This document shows positions 1-10,766 of a DNA stretch of 64,000 nt, piece by piece. The stretch comes from an uncultured Bacteroidales bacterium. GTDB taxonomy: Bacteria; Bacteroidota; Bacteroidia; Bacteroidales; Bacteroidaceae. The notes beneath the pieces are model-generated. The model had not been told where the DNA came from. It was given only the letters and a program-made list of their open reading frames with translations, and did not search any database. The translations under genes and the position numbers were made by a program. The stretch spans positions 4,399 through 68,398 of the forward strand of contig CACZBX010000013.1 in assembly GCA_902779535.1 (NCBI GenBank), read 5' to 3'. The first letter of the stretch is position 1. Every line of letters begins with the position of its first letter.

Positions 1-1
1 G

Positions 2-289
2 CAATGGGTAAGTATGTTTAAGGAAGGTATAGAAGCATGGTCGTTCTATCGCCGTACCGGTTACCCGACTTATATCCACACTGCAAAAGCTGCTGATGGT
101 GTATCTCCAAGATATCCTGGAGCAAGAAGTACATACAATGGTATTCACAATGACGTTCCTTTCAGATTTCCATATCCAAACAATCAATTCTCCTATAACA
201 GACAGAATGTCTTGGATGCTTCTCAAGGCATTGAGAACTACGTTTGGGGCAAACAAGTTTGGTGGGATACCAGAACGGACGTTCACTAA
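2..289 (+). CDS. SusD/RagB-family lipoprotein, C-terminal fragment (gene starts before the window)
   Basis: Open frame from base 2: QWVSMFKEGIEAWSFYRRTGYP...RFPYP...VWWD, the typical SusD-like C-terminus. Confidence 0.85.
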   Translation, partial: QWVSMFKEGIEAWSFYRRTGYPTYIHTAKAADGVSPRYPGARSTYNGIHNDVPFRFPYPNNQFSYNRQNVLDASQGIENYVWGKQVWWDTRTDVH

Positions 290-325
290 ATATATTCTAA
301 ATTCTCTCTCTTAAAAGTTAACACG

Positions 326-356
326 AAGGGCTGCTCGTATGAGCAGCCCTTTATTT
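326..356. terminator. Intrinsic terminator between convergent genes
   Basis: AAGGGCTGCTC-gtat-GAGCAGCCCTT stem followed by TATTT. Confidence 0.85.
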
Positions 357-371
357 AAACCCAACTTTCGA

Positions 372-2972
372 TCATTCTTTATTCTCGTTTGGTAACTGAC
401 GGATATAGACATCGCGCTGTGGATAAGGAATTTCAATATTATTCTGATTCAACGTGTTGTAAATAATTTCTTTTGCCTTACTTACCACACCGAACTGTTC
501 GGCAACCAATACCCAGAACACCACATTCAGGTTTACACTGTTATCACCAAAGTCTTGGAAGTAAACGTTCACGCCATGTTTCTCGTCAATCAGGTTACGA
601 CCATACTTGTCTTTCCCATTCAATTCTTGTAAACCTTCCGATAACAGAGTGCGAACCTTTTCCACATCAACACCGTAGGCAACGCCGACAGGCACCTTCA
701 CCAACTCGTACGAGTGGTTACGAGTCAAGTTCTTGAAGTTCTTCGAAAACAAAGCACTGTTCAAGAATGCAATGACACACCCGTCAATCGTGGCAATCTG
801 GGTACTTTGATAGGTAATACTATCGACCTTTCCCCGAATACCGTCACATTCGATGATATCTCCTACTCTCACACGTCCTGTCATCAACGATAGGCCATAG
901 AAGAAGTTCTCGATCAGATCCTTCATGGCAAAACCGACACCAGTTGCCAATCCGGCAGTAACAATCGAAATACCGGTTGCGGGTACTTCAAAGAGTTTCA
1001 GAATAAAGATGAAATAAACGCCCCACACCACAATCATCACCAAATTATTGAACAAGGTCAAGTTAGCGTTGTTGGCAAGGACAACTCCATCATTCTTTTT
1101 CCGGATCTCCTTATATTTATAATGACGATACATCATCTTTATTAAATAGATAAGGTATCTGCATATAAAGAACACCATGGCAGATAGTGCAAATCGGAAT
1201 AAAGACAGCGTACAGATTTTAGTAATTACAACCCGGTATGAATAGATATTGACGACTGCGCCCGATAAGTCAAATACATCCGATGCCCAATAGATACTGT
1301 ACAGGAAAGACATAATTCCCAATATCGGGACAACGACCATCATCAGAAAATCGTAAAACCAAGTAATCTGGATCGTATCGGCTGCACTCGCCGGTCCTGA
1401 GATACCAGCCTGCACCAAATAACGGCTCTTCCGCTTGACAAGGTATTTCTTCTCGTACATTTTTAGGAGATCGTATATACACGTGATCGTCTGGATGGCC
1501 GCCAATTGGAATAACCACCAAATAAAGATCTGAACGGCCAGCAAAACATATCCGCTTAACGACAAGATCGTAGAGATCGCCATTAGCGCTAAAGAAATCC
1601 ACGTATAGAAGATGTCGCTCCGCGGTATATTGTTATTATGACGGTGAATCACATTCCATTGCCACAACGTAAACAACAGCAAGATGGGTGGAAAAACTAA
1701 ACTGACCAGACGGTTCGGGATAAAGATAACGCGGAACACGATGATGATAAAACCCATCAACATGATTGGCGTATAGATACGAAAACCACTCTTGATCTGA
1801 CTCCCATCCAAACGGATTAGCAACGAAACCAAGATGGCTGTAGCCAACCAAGCAAATTCGACGAATAGCTCAGAAGCCATGATAAAGAAGTTATTATACA
1901 TGAATAGCTTCAAAATCATGAGTGCTAACGCAAAGATCAATACCGTACCAGCCAAGATATAACACATTTTTTTCTTTCTGAACTGTTCTGTCTGGAAACG
2001 CTTGATACTTCGCATGCCGATACGCACGAACAAGTTACTCAAGATGGTTGCAACAATCAAGTAGAAGACAACAAAGAAGATGACACCAAACACGATTGGG
2101 CCGCGCCAATCACTACGCACTTTCGCAAACTCTTTGTTCTCGTATTTATCCTCCACATCCTGCTGAGCACGACGAACATACGAACGGAACTGTTTAATCT
2201 GCTTAAGGTAACTATCCTCTCCATTCACAAAGATACTCTGCTGAATTGCATGGTAACGCTCATTAGCATAGTCGTATAATTCTTTCAGCCGCTTACTCGT
2301 TATGTCGTAATGCTCATTATCGACCTCAATACTCGCCAACCGATCTTTCATCAAAGCAAGTATATCCTCTGCATACTTCAAACACGCTTTACGATCTTCT
2401 TGTCCTTGTTTGTCAAGGAAAATAGGATCCTTTGCCAAGTCGGCAGTATCCGGCACAAGTGCCATATCTTTCAGGTTGGCCAAGTCTTCGGCACTCAAGA
2501 CCAAACTATCTGCACTCTGACTTAATTTGACAGCCAACATCTGTATGGAATCATTCTTTACAAGTGAAGGAGGCAATACTTTCAATGAGTGAATCAGTCG
2601 TTCATAACGTTCAATCTCATTACGAAGGTTGTTTTTGATCTGTTCGTAAGGCATTTGACGAACTGAGAATTCCCGATACAGGGATGTTGCTTCATGACAA
2701 GCATACGTCAAGTCGAAGGTGTAATCCCTCTGCTGCGAGTAAAGCATCAATGAGATTTTACTGCTTCGCTCCATGATATCCACCATTCTGCGATGCTGCA
2801 CCTCGCTCATCACCTTCAATCGGGATATCATCCGTTGTTGCTTATTGAATGTATTCTCTAATTCGATACGGAGAACTGATAACGTTTTGGCCAAGTTCTT
2901 CTCATTCAGTACCGAACCTGCCGGAAGAATGATGGCAATAAGAAGAATTGCAGATAGTAAATATTTCTTCAT
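372..2972 (-). CDS. MscS-family mechanosensitive channel with large N-terminal extension
   Basis: Signal peptide, many TM helices, C-terminal GVGFAMKDLIENFFYGL...VRVGDIIE...VGVAYG...FGDNSVN...IEIPYPQRDV. Confidence 0.9.
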   Translation of the reverse strand: MKKYLLSAILLIAIILPAGSVLNEKNLAKTLSVLRIELENTFNKQQRMISRLKVMSEVQHRRMVDIMERSSKISLMLYSQQRDYTFDLTYACHEATSLYREFSVRQMPYEQIKNNLRNEIERYERLIHSLKVLPPSLVKNDSIQMLAVKLSQSADSLVLSAEDLANLKDMALVPDTADLAKDPIFLDKQGQEDRKACLKYAEDILALMKDRLASIEVDNEHYDITSKRLKELYDYANERYHAIQQSIFVNGEDSYLKQIKQFRSYVRRAQQDVEDKYENKEFAKVRSDWRGPIVFGVIFFVVFYLIVATILSNLFVRIGMRSIKRFQTEQFRKKKMCYILAGTVLIFALALMILKLFMYNNFFIMASELFVEFAWLATAILVSLLIRLDGSQIKSGFRIYTPIMLMGFIIIVFRVIFIPNRLVSLVFPPILLLFTLWQWNVIHRHNNNIPRSDIFYTWISLALMAISTILSLSGYVLLAVQIFIWWLFQLAAIQTITCIYDLLKMYEKKYLVKRKSRYLVQAGISGPASAADTIQITWFYDFLMMVVVPILGIMSFLYSIYWASDVFDLSGAVVNIYSYRVVITKICTLSLFRFALSAMVFFICRYLIYLIKMMYRHYKYKEIRKKNDGVVLANNANLTLFNNLVMIVVWGVYFIFILKLFEVPATGISIVTAGLATGVGFAMKDLIENFFYGLSLMTGRVRVGDIIECDGIRGKVDSITYQSTQIATIDGCVIAFLNSALFSKNFKNLTRNHSYELVKVPVGVAYGVDVEKVRTLLSEGLQELNGKDKYGRNLIDEKHGVNVYFQDFGDNSVNLNVVFWVLVAEQFGVVSKAKEIIYNTLNQNNIEIPYPQRDVYIRQLPNENKE

Positions 2973-3117
2973 AAAAAATAAAGAATAATAGTTTTATGAT
3001 ACAAAAGTAGAAAAACTTGAAAGAAATAGACAAAAAGTTCTGAAAAGCTTTAATCTTATTTTAGAATAGAAAGATAATGTTACATGAAATTAACGATAAC
3101 GATGGCAAACAGACAGC

Positions 3118-3147
3118 AAAAAAAGAGGATGTGAATAACACATCCTC
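3118..3147 (-). terminator. pgk terminator
   Basis: GAGGATGTG-aataa-CACATCCTC stem with an A-run on its left (U-tract on the minus strand). Confidence 0.8.
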
Positions 3148-3173
3148 CTACACCTTATATATATATTAAGTAT

Positions 3174-4430
3174 TTATTTCTCACCTGTGATAGCTGCTAC
3201 ACCCGGAAGGACTTTACCTTCGATAGCTTCCAACATTGCACCGCCACCAGTTGATACGTAAGAAACCTTATCGGCCAAGCCAAACTTGTTGACTGCAGCA
3301 ACAGAGTCACCACCACCTACCAATGAATATGCACCATTTTCAGTAGCCTCGGCAACATACTTAGCAATCTCACCTGTACCATGAGCGAAGTTCGGGAATT
3401 CGAACACACCGACAGGACCGTTCCAAAGGATGGTCTTAGAAGCCAAAATGATCTTCTTCCAGTTCTCCAAAGAAGCAGGAGAAGCATCCATACCTTCCCA
3501 TCCATCAGGAATATTATAAATATCAACAACTTGCTTATTTGCATCATCAGCAAACTTGTCGCCTGCAACAGTAGCAACCGATAATGACAAGTTTACGCCC
3601 AACTTTTTAGCCTCAGCGATTACTGACAATGCCTCCGGCATCAAATCGTCCTCGTGCAAAGAGTCACCAATGTGACCGCCTTGAGCCTTGATGAAGGTGT
3701 AACCCATACCACCACCGATAATCAAATTGTCAACCTTCGTCAACAGGTTCTTGATAACAGCCAACTTAGAAGAAACTTTTGAACCACCGATAATAGCTGT
3801 GAACGGATGCTGAGCATTCTTCAATACATTATCAATAGCCTTTACTTCTTTCTCCATCAAGTAACCCAACATCTTATGGTCTGCATCAAAATAATCAGCA
3901 ATAACTGCTGTAGAAGCATGTTTACGGTGAGCAGTACCAAATGCATCGTTGACATAAGCATCTGCATAGCTAGCCAAAGTCTTGGCAAATTCTTTTTGAG
4001 AAGCCTTCATGGCTTTCTTTGCATCATCGTATGCAGGATCTTCCTTATCAATACCTACAGGTTTGCCCTCTTCTTCAGGATAGAAGCGAAGGTTCTCGAG
4101 CAACAAAGCTTCACCCGGTTTCAAAGCAGCAGCAGCCTCAGCAGCCTTTGCACAATCCGGAGCAAACTGAACAGGAACACCAAGTCTTTCAGCAACAGCG
4201 TCAACAATCTGACTCAACGACATCTTAGGATTAACCTTTCCTTTTGGTTTACCCATGTGTGACATCATAATCAAACTACCACCATCAGCCAAAACCTTCT
4301 TCAAAGTAGGCAACGCACCACGAATACGGGTATCGTCGGTTACTTTACCATTTTCATCCAATGGTACATTGAAATCAACACGTACGATAGCCTTTTTACC
4401 AGCAAAATTGAATTTGTCAATTGTTTGCAT
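3174..4430 (-). CDS. pgk: Phosphoglycerate kinase
   Basis: [38 protein letters not shown] motifs. Confidence 0.99.
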   Translation of the reverse strand: MQTIDKFNFAGKKAIVRVDFNVPLDENGKVTDDTRIRGALPTLKKVLADGGSLIMMSHMGKPKGKVNPKMSLSQIVDAVAERLGVPVQFAPDCAKAAEAAAALKPGEALLLENLRFYPEEEGKPVGIDKEDPAYDDAKKAMKASQKEFAKTLASYADAYVNDAFGTAHRKHASTAVIADYFDADHKMLGYLMEKEVKAIDNVLKNAQHPFTAIIGGSKVSSKLAVIKNLLTKVDNLIIGGGMGYTFIKAQGGHIGDSLHEDDLMPEALSVIAEAKKLGVNLSLSVATVAGDKFADDANKQVVDIYNIPDGWEGMDASPASLENWKKIILASKTILWNGPVGVFEFPNFAHGTGEIAKYVAEATENGAYSLVGGGDSVAAVNKFGLADKVSYVSTGGGAMLEAIEGKVLPGVAAITGEK

Positions 4431-4817
4431 AATCTTCTATTTTAAATGTTTAATGAATACTCCTTGAAAAATCGATGCAAAGGTACGAATTATTTTCTTT
4501 CGTAACTCTTTCAAACTGTTATTTTTATCTTAGAAAATAATAACTCTTTTCGTAAATAAGGCACATCCACTAAAAGATGTTAAGAAAACACATCATACGG
4601 TAACTATGAAATAATTATAATAGAGATGTTTACGTATTTATGATTTAATATTTTTTAATATAAATAGTCGGATTTTTATTTTGTACAATCAAAAAGAAGG
4701 TCTACATTTGCTTCCGAAGATGACAAGTAAAGGTCATCAACCAAGTATTATTAATCACAAAAATAAACAGATTTGACAAAAGGAAAAATCTATTTATTTT
4801 TCCAAACTATTTAGAAA

Positions 4818-6359
4818 ATGAACTTAGTAAAATTGATGAAGACTTTGCTTTCGAGATTGCAAATCAATCTTCATGAAAGCAATGACAAGATTCAAGCTAA
4901 TGATGACACGCTATTTCTTTCTTCCTGTATTTCTTCAGTAAATACTGCTCATTCTTTATCTACTCTCTTTCAAGAAAAAACAATTTCACAGAATAGTCAT
5001 TGTTTTTTACATAAGGCATTTTTAGTTTTTCATGGTGCGTTTATAGTTTTGTTAGGGATCCTTGCTACTTCCTGTCAACGCTTTGATGATGAAACGGAAG
5101 AATTAGCAACCGCCGAAGCAGTATCCTTGAATGTCATGACGAGATCTGCTGAAGCAAATCCTATACAGTATCCGGTAGAATTGTTTGCCTTTACTGTTGA
5201 CGGGAAGTACGCAGGATCAAAATCCATCGAATCAGAAGAAGAAACCATTACATTAAATTTACCGAAAGGTGAATACCGTTTGGTCGCCCTCTCTGGTTTA
5301 ACAAACGATTACGACCTACCTGAAAAGCCTACAGCTGAGGATGCAATCTCGTTTACGAGCAAGCAATATGCCAATAACCCGCTGATGTATGGTACTGCAG
5401 ATGTAACACTCTCTGAGAAAAACACAAAAGCTACAATCGTACTATCCTATACGGTTGCCGCCGTACAAATCAAATTAACCCATATCACCCATGCATCATC
5501 TGTTGAGATCACCATCGCATCATTGTTTCCATCTTTGTCTTTTTCAGGTGACTTCACAGGGGATGCACAGAAAATTCATCTAACTTGCCAGCAAGATGAA
5601 GAAGGTAATTGGTTTCACGACACATTCTATATCTTCCCAGGGGCAGGCGACAAGACAACCTTCTCTATCACAATCGAAGAAGATAAAGATGTACAAACTT
5701 TCGGGTACACATATGAAGGAATACCCGAGGCCAATCACCCATTTAACATTGTTGGTAATTATAATGAAACGCTATCCATTGAAGGCCTTTTGGAATCAAG
5801 TGGATGGGCTGAACCAATCAATGTCAATTTTAAATTTGGCAACAATATAAATGAGGGAAACGAAGGAGATGAAGGGAACGAAGTCGTTGATCCCGACGGA
5901 GAAGGTAAAATCATAGCTGCTGATGGGCTCAAAGAAATTCCTAAAGTAGGTGACTTCTACGAAGATTGCATTGTTGCCAAAGTTGACGGAATAACCGACA
6001 GTACCTTTAACGCATTGTTACTCAGTTTGGATGAATGGGAAGGAAAGGAGATTGAAGTTGAAAAGAAACTCAAAGGCTACTCCGTAAATGGTATTGAAAA
6101 CTGGAGATTACCCAGCTATAACGAAGCTAAACAACTAATAGCGAGCTTCAACAAAGGAAGTCTGACGGCCATAAACAAAAAGATAGCTTCTAGTTACCAA
6201 GATAAAGTGCAAATCTCATCAGTGAAACGTTATCTCTGCATGAAGGGAAATGATAAATATTCTTTTGTTTTCGACAGGAGTGGAACGATTTCAATGGCTG
6301 GGCCCAAAAAGGTCTATCAAATCCGCCCAGTAATCTATTATCGTTTTTCATTACTGTAA
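4818..6359 (+). CDS. FimB/Mfa2-type (type V pilin-like) lipoprotein with C-terminal DUF1566/CLec-like domain
   Basis: Lipobox LATS-C, pilin 'TR' site (VMTRS), LPKGEYRLVALSG, acidic linker, WRLPSYNE...IRPV C-terminus; start codon uncertain. Confidence 0.7.
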   Translation: MNLVKLMKTLLSRLQINLHESNDKIQANDDTLFLSSCISSVNTAHSLSTLFQEKTISQNSHCFLHKAFLVFHGAFIVLLGILATSCQRFDDETEELATAEAVSLNVMTRSAEANPIQYPVELFAFTVDGKYAGSKSIESEEETITLNLPKGEYRLVALSGLTNDYDLPEKPTAEDAISFTSKQYANNPLMYGTADVTLSEKNTKATIVLSYTVAAVQIKLTHITHASSVEITIASLFPSLSFSGDFTGDAQKIHLTCQQDEEGNWFHDTFYIFPGAGDKTTFSITIEEDKDVQTFGYTYEGIPEANHPFNIVGNYNETLSIEGLLESSGWAEPINVNFKFGNNINEGNEGDEGNEVVDPDGEGKIIAADGLKEIPKVGDFYEDCIVAKVDGITDSTFNALLLSLDEWEGKEIEVEKKLKGYSVNGIENWRLPSYNEAKQLIASFNKGSLTAINKKIASSYQDKVQISSVKRYLCMKGNDKYSFVFDRSGTISMAGPKKVYQIRPVIYYRFSLL

Positions 6360-6504
6360 TTGCATAGTTTTCAATGTACAAATAATTAGCACTGAGACTT
6401 TGAAGGCTTGTTAATTAAAAAGATTTTGAACGCTAAATATAAAACTTAACTCAACTCACTTACAAACAGCAATCATGTGTCTTTTATCAAATTAATTAAC
6501 AGCC

Positions 6505-6539
6505 AAGGGGCTGCCCTTTGTGAAAAGATGCAGCCCCTT
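6505..6539. terminator. Terminator-like hairpin between convergent genes
   Basis: AAGGGGCTGC...GCAGCCCCTT inverted repeat. Confidence 0.7.
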
Positions 6540-6560
6540 ACTATAATAAAAGAGATATTA

Positions 6561-7946
6561 TCAGAAAGAATAATCTAAACTAACACCAAACACCTTGTTT
6601 GTTCTGGAATAAATATCTGTTCCCGGCAACCCTGTATTATTGTAACTGTCCATCGACTTTGTATAATCCTTATAGGTTGTCCACATATACCCAATATTCA
6701 GCAAAGCCTTTGATGAAAGTTTTACAGCAGCGCCAAGACCAATGGAATAAGAATCACAATAGAAACTGGTATCACTCTGGAAATTGTCAGCCAAACCGTA
6801 ATTTGTAAACTGGATACCTCCACTGAGCGTCAGAAAATGATTTACATCATATTCCGTACCTACCTGATACTCCAGGGTCCCATGAGTCAATGCCTTTTGC
6901 TTGTCATTCGCCATTCCTGCATTCTTATCGTCGAAGTGATGGAATTCAGCATTCACACGCCATTGTGGTAACACTTCATAGCCAGCAGCAATTGTCAAGA
7001 AAGCAGGGATATCGCTCGGTGTGTTCACTCCATCTGCATACGGAGCCAACAGACTTGGATCAGGAGCAACCAAAGTCTTTGTCTTATTCTCAATATTCAG
7101 ATTCGTCTTAAACTCATACTTTACAGCAAAATTCCAACGGTTTAATTTCGCGTCCAGACCAATTACCGGTGTCAAGCCCCAGCCGGTCTGAGTACAATCC
7201 AGCTTAATATCTGCCAATGTCGTTCCACCATAGTTCGGGAGCAGCTCTGCATTGACAAATCCCTCGTAACCACCAGTGAAGTAATTCATCTTTCCACCAA
7301 CAAAACCAGCCAACCAATCATTGAACTTATAGCCTACACCTAACTGAAGCGCATAGATATATTGGCGTCCATCCATCGCTGAAGTTATGTTATACATATC
7401 ACGATTCAATGGAATACTTTTTCCAGCAGCGGCAGCAGCTGACGATTGTTGAAAAACCAAGGCAGAAACCAAAGACTTAAATAAAGGAAGACCTGCGTCG
7501 AAAGAACATTTTCCACCTCCACCTGTAACACCGAAAAAGGCAGATAAAGTCAGATCATCCATCTTATAAGCAGCATACAAACTAGGGATGATTGGAGCAG
7601 ATGCCTTTCCTTTATAGTACTCATTAACAGACTCACTTCCAATATACTGTGGATTAAATGGCTCAACGCCAATCTTATCTCTCCTATAAGCATAGGTATT
7701 ATAAGAAGCATCTATATTTCGAGTTTGAAAAGCACTCTGTACACTGAACGACATAGTCAAACCATTATGAGGCAAAAAGGAAACACCTGCCGGATTTGAG
7801 TACACACCGTCAATGCCGATAGAAGCACCACGAGAAATCATTCGAAGAAAAGCTGCATGTTGATTTGTATTCGTTAAGATACCGCCTGCAAAAAGCGGAC
7901 TAAGAGTAAGCCAGATGAGTAGACTTACTGAAAAAAACTTTTTCAT
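6561..7946 (-). CDS. OmpP1/FadL/TodX-family outer-membrane beta-barrel (hydrophobic compound transporter)
   Basis: Signal peptide, GGILTNTNQ...DGVYSNPAG hatch motif, C-terminal LDYSF; start taken at MKKFF. Confidence 0.85.
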   Translation of the reverse strand: MKKFFSVSLLIWLTLSPLFAGGILTNTNQHAAFLRMISRGASIGIDGVYSNPAGVSFLPHNGLTMSFSVQSAFQTRNIDASYNTYAYRRDKIGVEPFNPQYIGSESVNEYYKGKASAPIIPSLYAAYKMDDLTLSAFFGVTGGGGKCSFDAGLPLFKSLVSALVFQQSSAAAAAGKSIPLNRDMYNITSAMDGRQYIYALQLGVGYKFNDWLAGFVGGKMNYFTGGYEGFVNAELLPNYGGTTLADIKLDCTQTGWGLTPVIGLDAKLNRWNFAVKYEFKTNLNIENKTKTLVAPDPSLLAPYADGVNTPSDIPAFLTIAAGYEVLPQWRVNAEFHHFDDKNAGMANDKQKALTHGTLEYQVGTEYDVNHFLTLSGGIQFTNYGLADNFQSDTSFYCDSYSIGLGAAVKLSSKALLNIGYMWTTYKDYTKSMDSYNNTGLPGTDIYSRTNKVFGVSLDYSF

Positions 7947-8197
7947 ATTGCACATTTAAATAAAATTTGCGCACAAAGGTATAGTAAAAATACACACTAC
8001 CAAAGTAAATGTGCATTATTTTTGATAAAAAGTTCGATTTCTTGTTCTTTTTCACCGAATAAAGACTTTCGTATTTTTCATACCTAATTAATATAATAAA
8101 ACAGAAAATAGTGGAATTAATCAAGAAATTTGTAACTTTGCACCCCATGAAAGTGCACGATGTGCCTTTCCTTACGTTGCAATATAAATAATTAGAT

Positions 8198-9526
8198 ATG
8201 TTTGAGAATTTAAGTGAACGACTGGAACGTTCGTTCAAGATATTAAAAGGTGAAGGACGGATTACCGAAATCAACGTTGCAGAAACGCTGAAGGACGTAC
8301 GTCGTGCTTTGTTGGATGCCGACGTAAACTATAAAGTTGCCAAGACATTTACTGATACGGTAAAGGAAAAGGCATTGGGACAAAACGTTTTGACTGCAGT
8401 CAAGCCAGGACAGTTGATGGTGAAAATTGTTCATGATGAACTGGCATTGCTGATGGGTGGTGAAACAGCCGAGTTAAAACTGGATAACCGTCCTGCCATC
8501 ATCCTGATGTCTGGTTTACAAGGTTCCGGTAAGACCACATTTGCATCAAAGCTGGCTAACCTTTTGAAGAGCAAGAAAAACCGTCACCCACTGTTGGTAG
8601 CCGGCGATGTATACCGTCCAGCCGCAATCGAGCAGTTAAAGGTGCTTGGTGAACAAATAAATGTACCCGTATTCACTATCGCCGACAGCAAAGACCCTGT
8701 AAAAATTGCTTTGGAAGGTATCCAATTTGCTAAAGCGAATAGTTGCGATACTGTCATCGTCGATACCGCCGGTCGATTGGCGATCGACGAACAGATGATG
8801 AACGAGATTGAGGCCATCAAGAATGCCATCAATCCAGACGAGACTTTGTTCGTTGTCGACTCAATGACTGGACAGGACGCTGTCAATACCGCTCGTGAAT
8901 TTAATGAACGCCTCGATTTCACCGGTGTCGTACTGACCAAATTGGATGGTGATACGCGTGGTGGTGCTGCTCTCTCCATCCGTACCGTTGTCGACAAGCC
9001 TATCAAATTCATCGGAACAGGCGAAAAGATGGAAGCGATTGACGTATTCCATCCAGCTCGTATGGCCGACCGTATCTTGGGTATGGGTGATATCGTCTCT
9101 TTGGTTGAAAGAGCTCAGGAACAATACGATGAGGAAGAAGCGAAACGACTGCAAAAGAAGATTCAAAAGAATCAGTTCGATTTCAACGATTTCATGAGTC
9201 AGATTCAGCAAATCAAGAAGATGGGTAACCTCAAAGATTTGGCATCCATGATTCCGGGAGTGGGTAAAGCTTTAAAGGATGTGGATATTGACGACAATGC
9301 ATTCAAGAACATCGAAGCGATCATTAACTCAATGACCAAGCAAGAGCGAACCCATCCAGATATCCTCAACAGTTCACGTAGAAACCGCATTGCAAAAGGT
9401 AGTGGGACAAACATCCAAGAAGTGAACCGACTGCTGAAACAATTCGACCAGACACGGAAGATGATGAAGATGGTGACTGATACAAAGATGGGCAAGATGG
9501 CTCAAATGATGAGACGTAGAAGATAA
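8198..9526 (+). CDS. ffh: Signal recognition particle protein
   Basis: GLQGSGKTT, DTAGR, TKLDGDTRGGAALS, Met-rich M domain. Confidence 0.99.
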   Translation: MFENLSERLERSFKILKGEGRITEINVAETLKDVRRALLDADVNYKVAKTFTDTVKEKALGQNVLTAVKPGQLMVKIVHDELALLMGGETAELKLDNRPAIILMSGLQGSGKTTFASKLANLLKSKKNRHPLLVAGDVYRPAAIEQLKVLGEQINVPVFTIADSKDPVKIALEGIQFAKANSCDTVIVDTAGRLAIDEQMMNEIEAIKNAINPDETLFVVDSMTGQDAVNTAREFNERLDFTGVVLTKLDGDTRGGAALSIRTVVDKPIKFIGTGEKMEAIDVFHPARMADRILGMGDIVSLVERAQEQYDEEEAKRLQKKIQKNQFDFNDFMSQIQQIKKMGNLKDLASMIPGVGKALKDVDIDDNAFKNIEAIINSMTKQERTHPDILNSSRRNRIAKGSGTNIQEVNRLLKQFDQTRKMMKMVTDTKMGKMAQMMRRRR

Positions 9527-9541
9527 CTAATCCTAAAGAAT

Positions 9542-10423
9542 ATGCAACTTATTGACGGTAAAGCAGTATCTGCACAGATCAAGCAGGAAATTGCTGAAGA
9601 AGTAAAACAAATTGTAGAGAATGGAGGCAAACGCCCCCACTTGGCTGCCATCCTCGTCGGACATGACGGAGGCAGTGAAACGTATGTTGCCAACAAGGTA
9701 AAAGCATGTGAGGTATGTGGATTCAAATCCACCCTTATCCGCTTCGAAGACGATGTTACGGAAGAAACTCTTCTCCAACAAGTACAAGCACTGAATGTTG
9801 ATCCTGATGTGGATGGTTTTATCGTACAATTACCTTTGCCAAAACATATCTCTGAACAACGAATTATCGAAGCCATCGACTACCGGAAAGATGTAGATGG
9901 TTTCCATCCTATCAACGTTGGGCGTCTTTCCATCGGACTTCCTTGTTTCATTTCGGCTACACCGAATGGAATACTGGAACTGTTCCGTCGTTATCAGATT
10001 GATACCAAAGGGAAAAAATGTGTCGTATTGGGAAGAAGCAACATCGTAGGTAAACCAATGGCTAACCTGATGATGCGTAAAGGAGTTCCTGGAGATGCCA
10101 CAGTAACGGTATTACACAGCCGTAGCAAAAACATCGCTGAAGAATGTCGCCAAGCAGATATTATTATTGCCGCTATGGGACAACCAAACTTCGTTACTGC
10201 TGATATGGTAAAAGACGGTGCTGTTATCATCGACGTAGGTACCACACGTGTTCCCGATGCTACAAAGAAGAGCGGATTCCGCTTGAATGGCGATGTGAAA
10301 TTCGACGAGGTTGCTCCGAAATGTTCGTTCATCACGCCGGTACCTGGAGGCGTTGGTCCAATGACCATCGTATCTTTGATGAAGAACACATTATTGGCTG
10401 GTAAAAAAGCAATTTATCCCTAA
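9542..10423 (+). CDS. folD: Methylenetetrahydrofolate dehydrogenase/cyclohydrolase
   Basis: [29 protein letters not shown]. Confidence 0.99.
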   Translation: MQLIDGKAVSAQIKQEIAEEVKQIVENGGKRPHLAAILVGHDGGSETYVANKVKACEVCGFKSTLIRFEDDVTEETLLQQVQALNVDPDVDGFIVQLPLPKHISEQRIIEAIDYRKDVDGFHPINVGRLSIGLPCFISATPNGILELFRRYQIDTKGKKCVVLGRSNIVGKPMANLMMRKGVPGDATVTVLHSRSKNIAEECRQADIIIAAMGQPNFVTADMVKDGAVIIDVGTTRVPDATKKSGFRLNGDVKFDEVAPKCSFITPVPGGVGPMTIVSLMKNTLLAGKKAIYP

Positions 10424-10458
10424 AAAGGAGATTTACTGAAAAATTTCAGCCTAAAAAG

Positions 10459-10489
10459 TTTGCGAGATATAAAAATATGCCTAACTTTG
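10459..10489 (+). promoter_or_regulatory. Bacteroidetes sigma-ABfr-type promoter of tRNA-His
   Basis: TTTG (-33) and TAACTTTG (-7) 19 nt apart. Confidence 0.7.
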
Positions 10490-10516
10490 CATCGCTTTTT
10501 CAAGCTGAAAGAATAT

Positions 10517-10591
10517 GGTGCCTATAGTTCAGTTGGTTAGAGCGTCAGATTGTGGTTCTGAATGTCGTCGGTTCGAGTCCGACTAGGCACC
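10517..10591 (+). tRNA. tRNA-His (GUG)
   Basis: GGTGCCTA/TAGGCACC acceptor stem with G-1:C73, anticodon arm TCAGA-TTGTGGT-TCTGA, GGTTCGAGTCC T-arm; full CCA not encoded. Confidence 0.97.
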
Positions 10592-10592
10592 C

Positions 10593-10625
10593 AAAAAGCC
10601 TTGCAAGTTTTTGCAAGGCTTTTTT
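10593..10625 (+). terminator. tRNA-His terminator
   Basis: AAAAAGCCTTGCAA-gttt-TTGCAAGGCTTTTTT. Confidence 0.9.
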
Positions 10626-10766
10626 GTATCTACCTTGAATGACTTTATTCACAGAACAGAGCACTTATACCACATGCCTAACTAAATAACACTTATTTGC
10701 AGAATTGTGTTTGTTTTAGAACATTTTTTATTAGATTTGCAGAGTTAGTACCTAAAATAATAAAAC

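Noticed and set aside
6405-6504. Inverted repeat TGTTAATTAA...TTAATTAACA as a MITE or invertible segment
   Set aside because: Only 10 bp, mostly a self-palindromic AT-rich octamer; no target duplication or recombinase
10517-10766. tRNA-His as an integration site
   Set aside because: No integrase nearby and no duplicated tRNA 3' end noticed in the window
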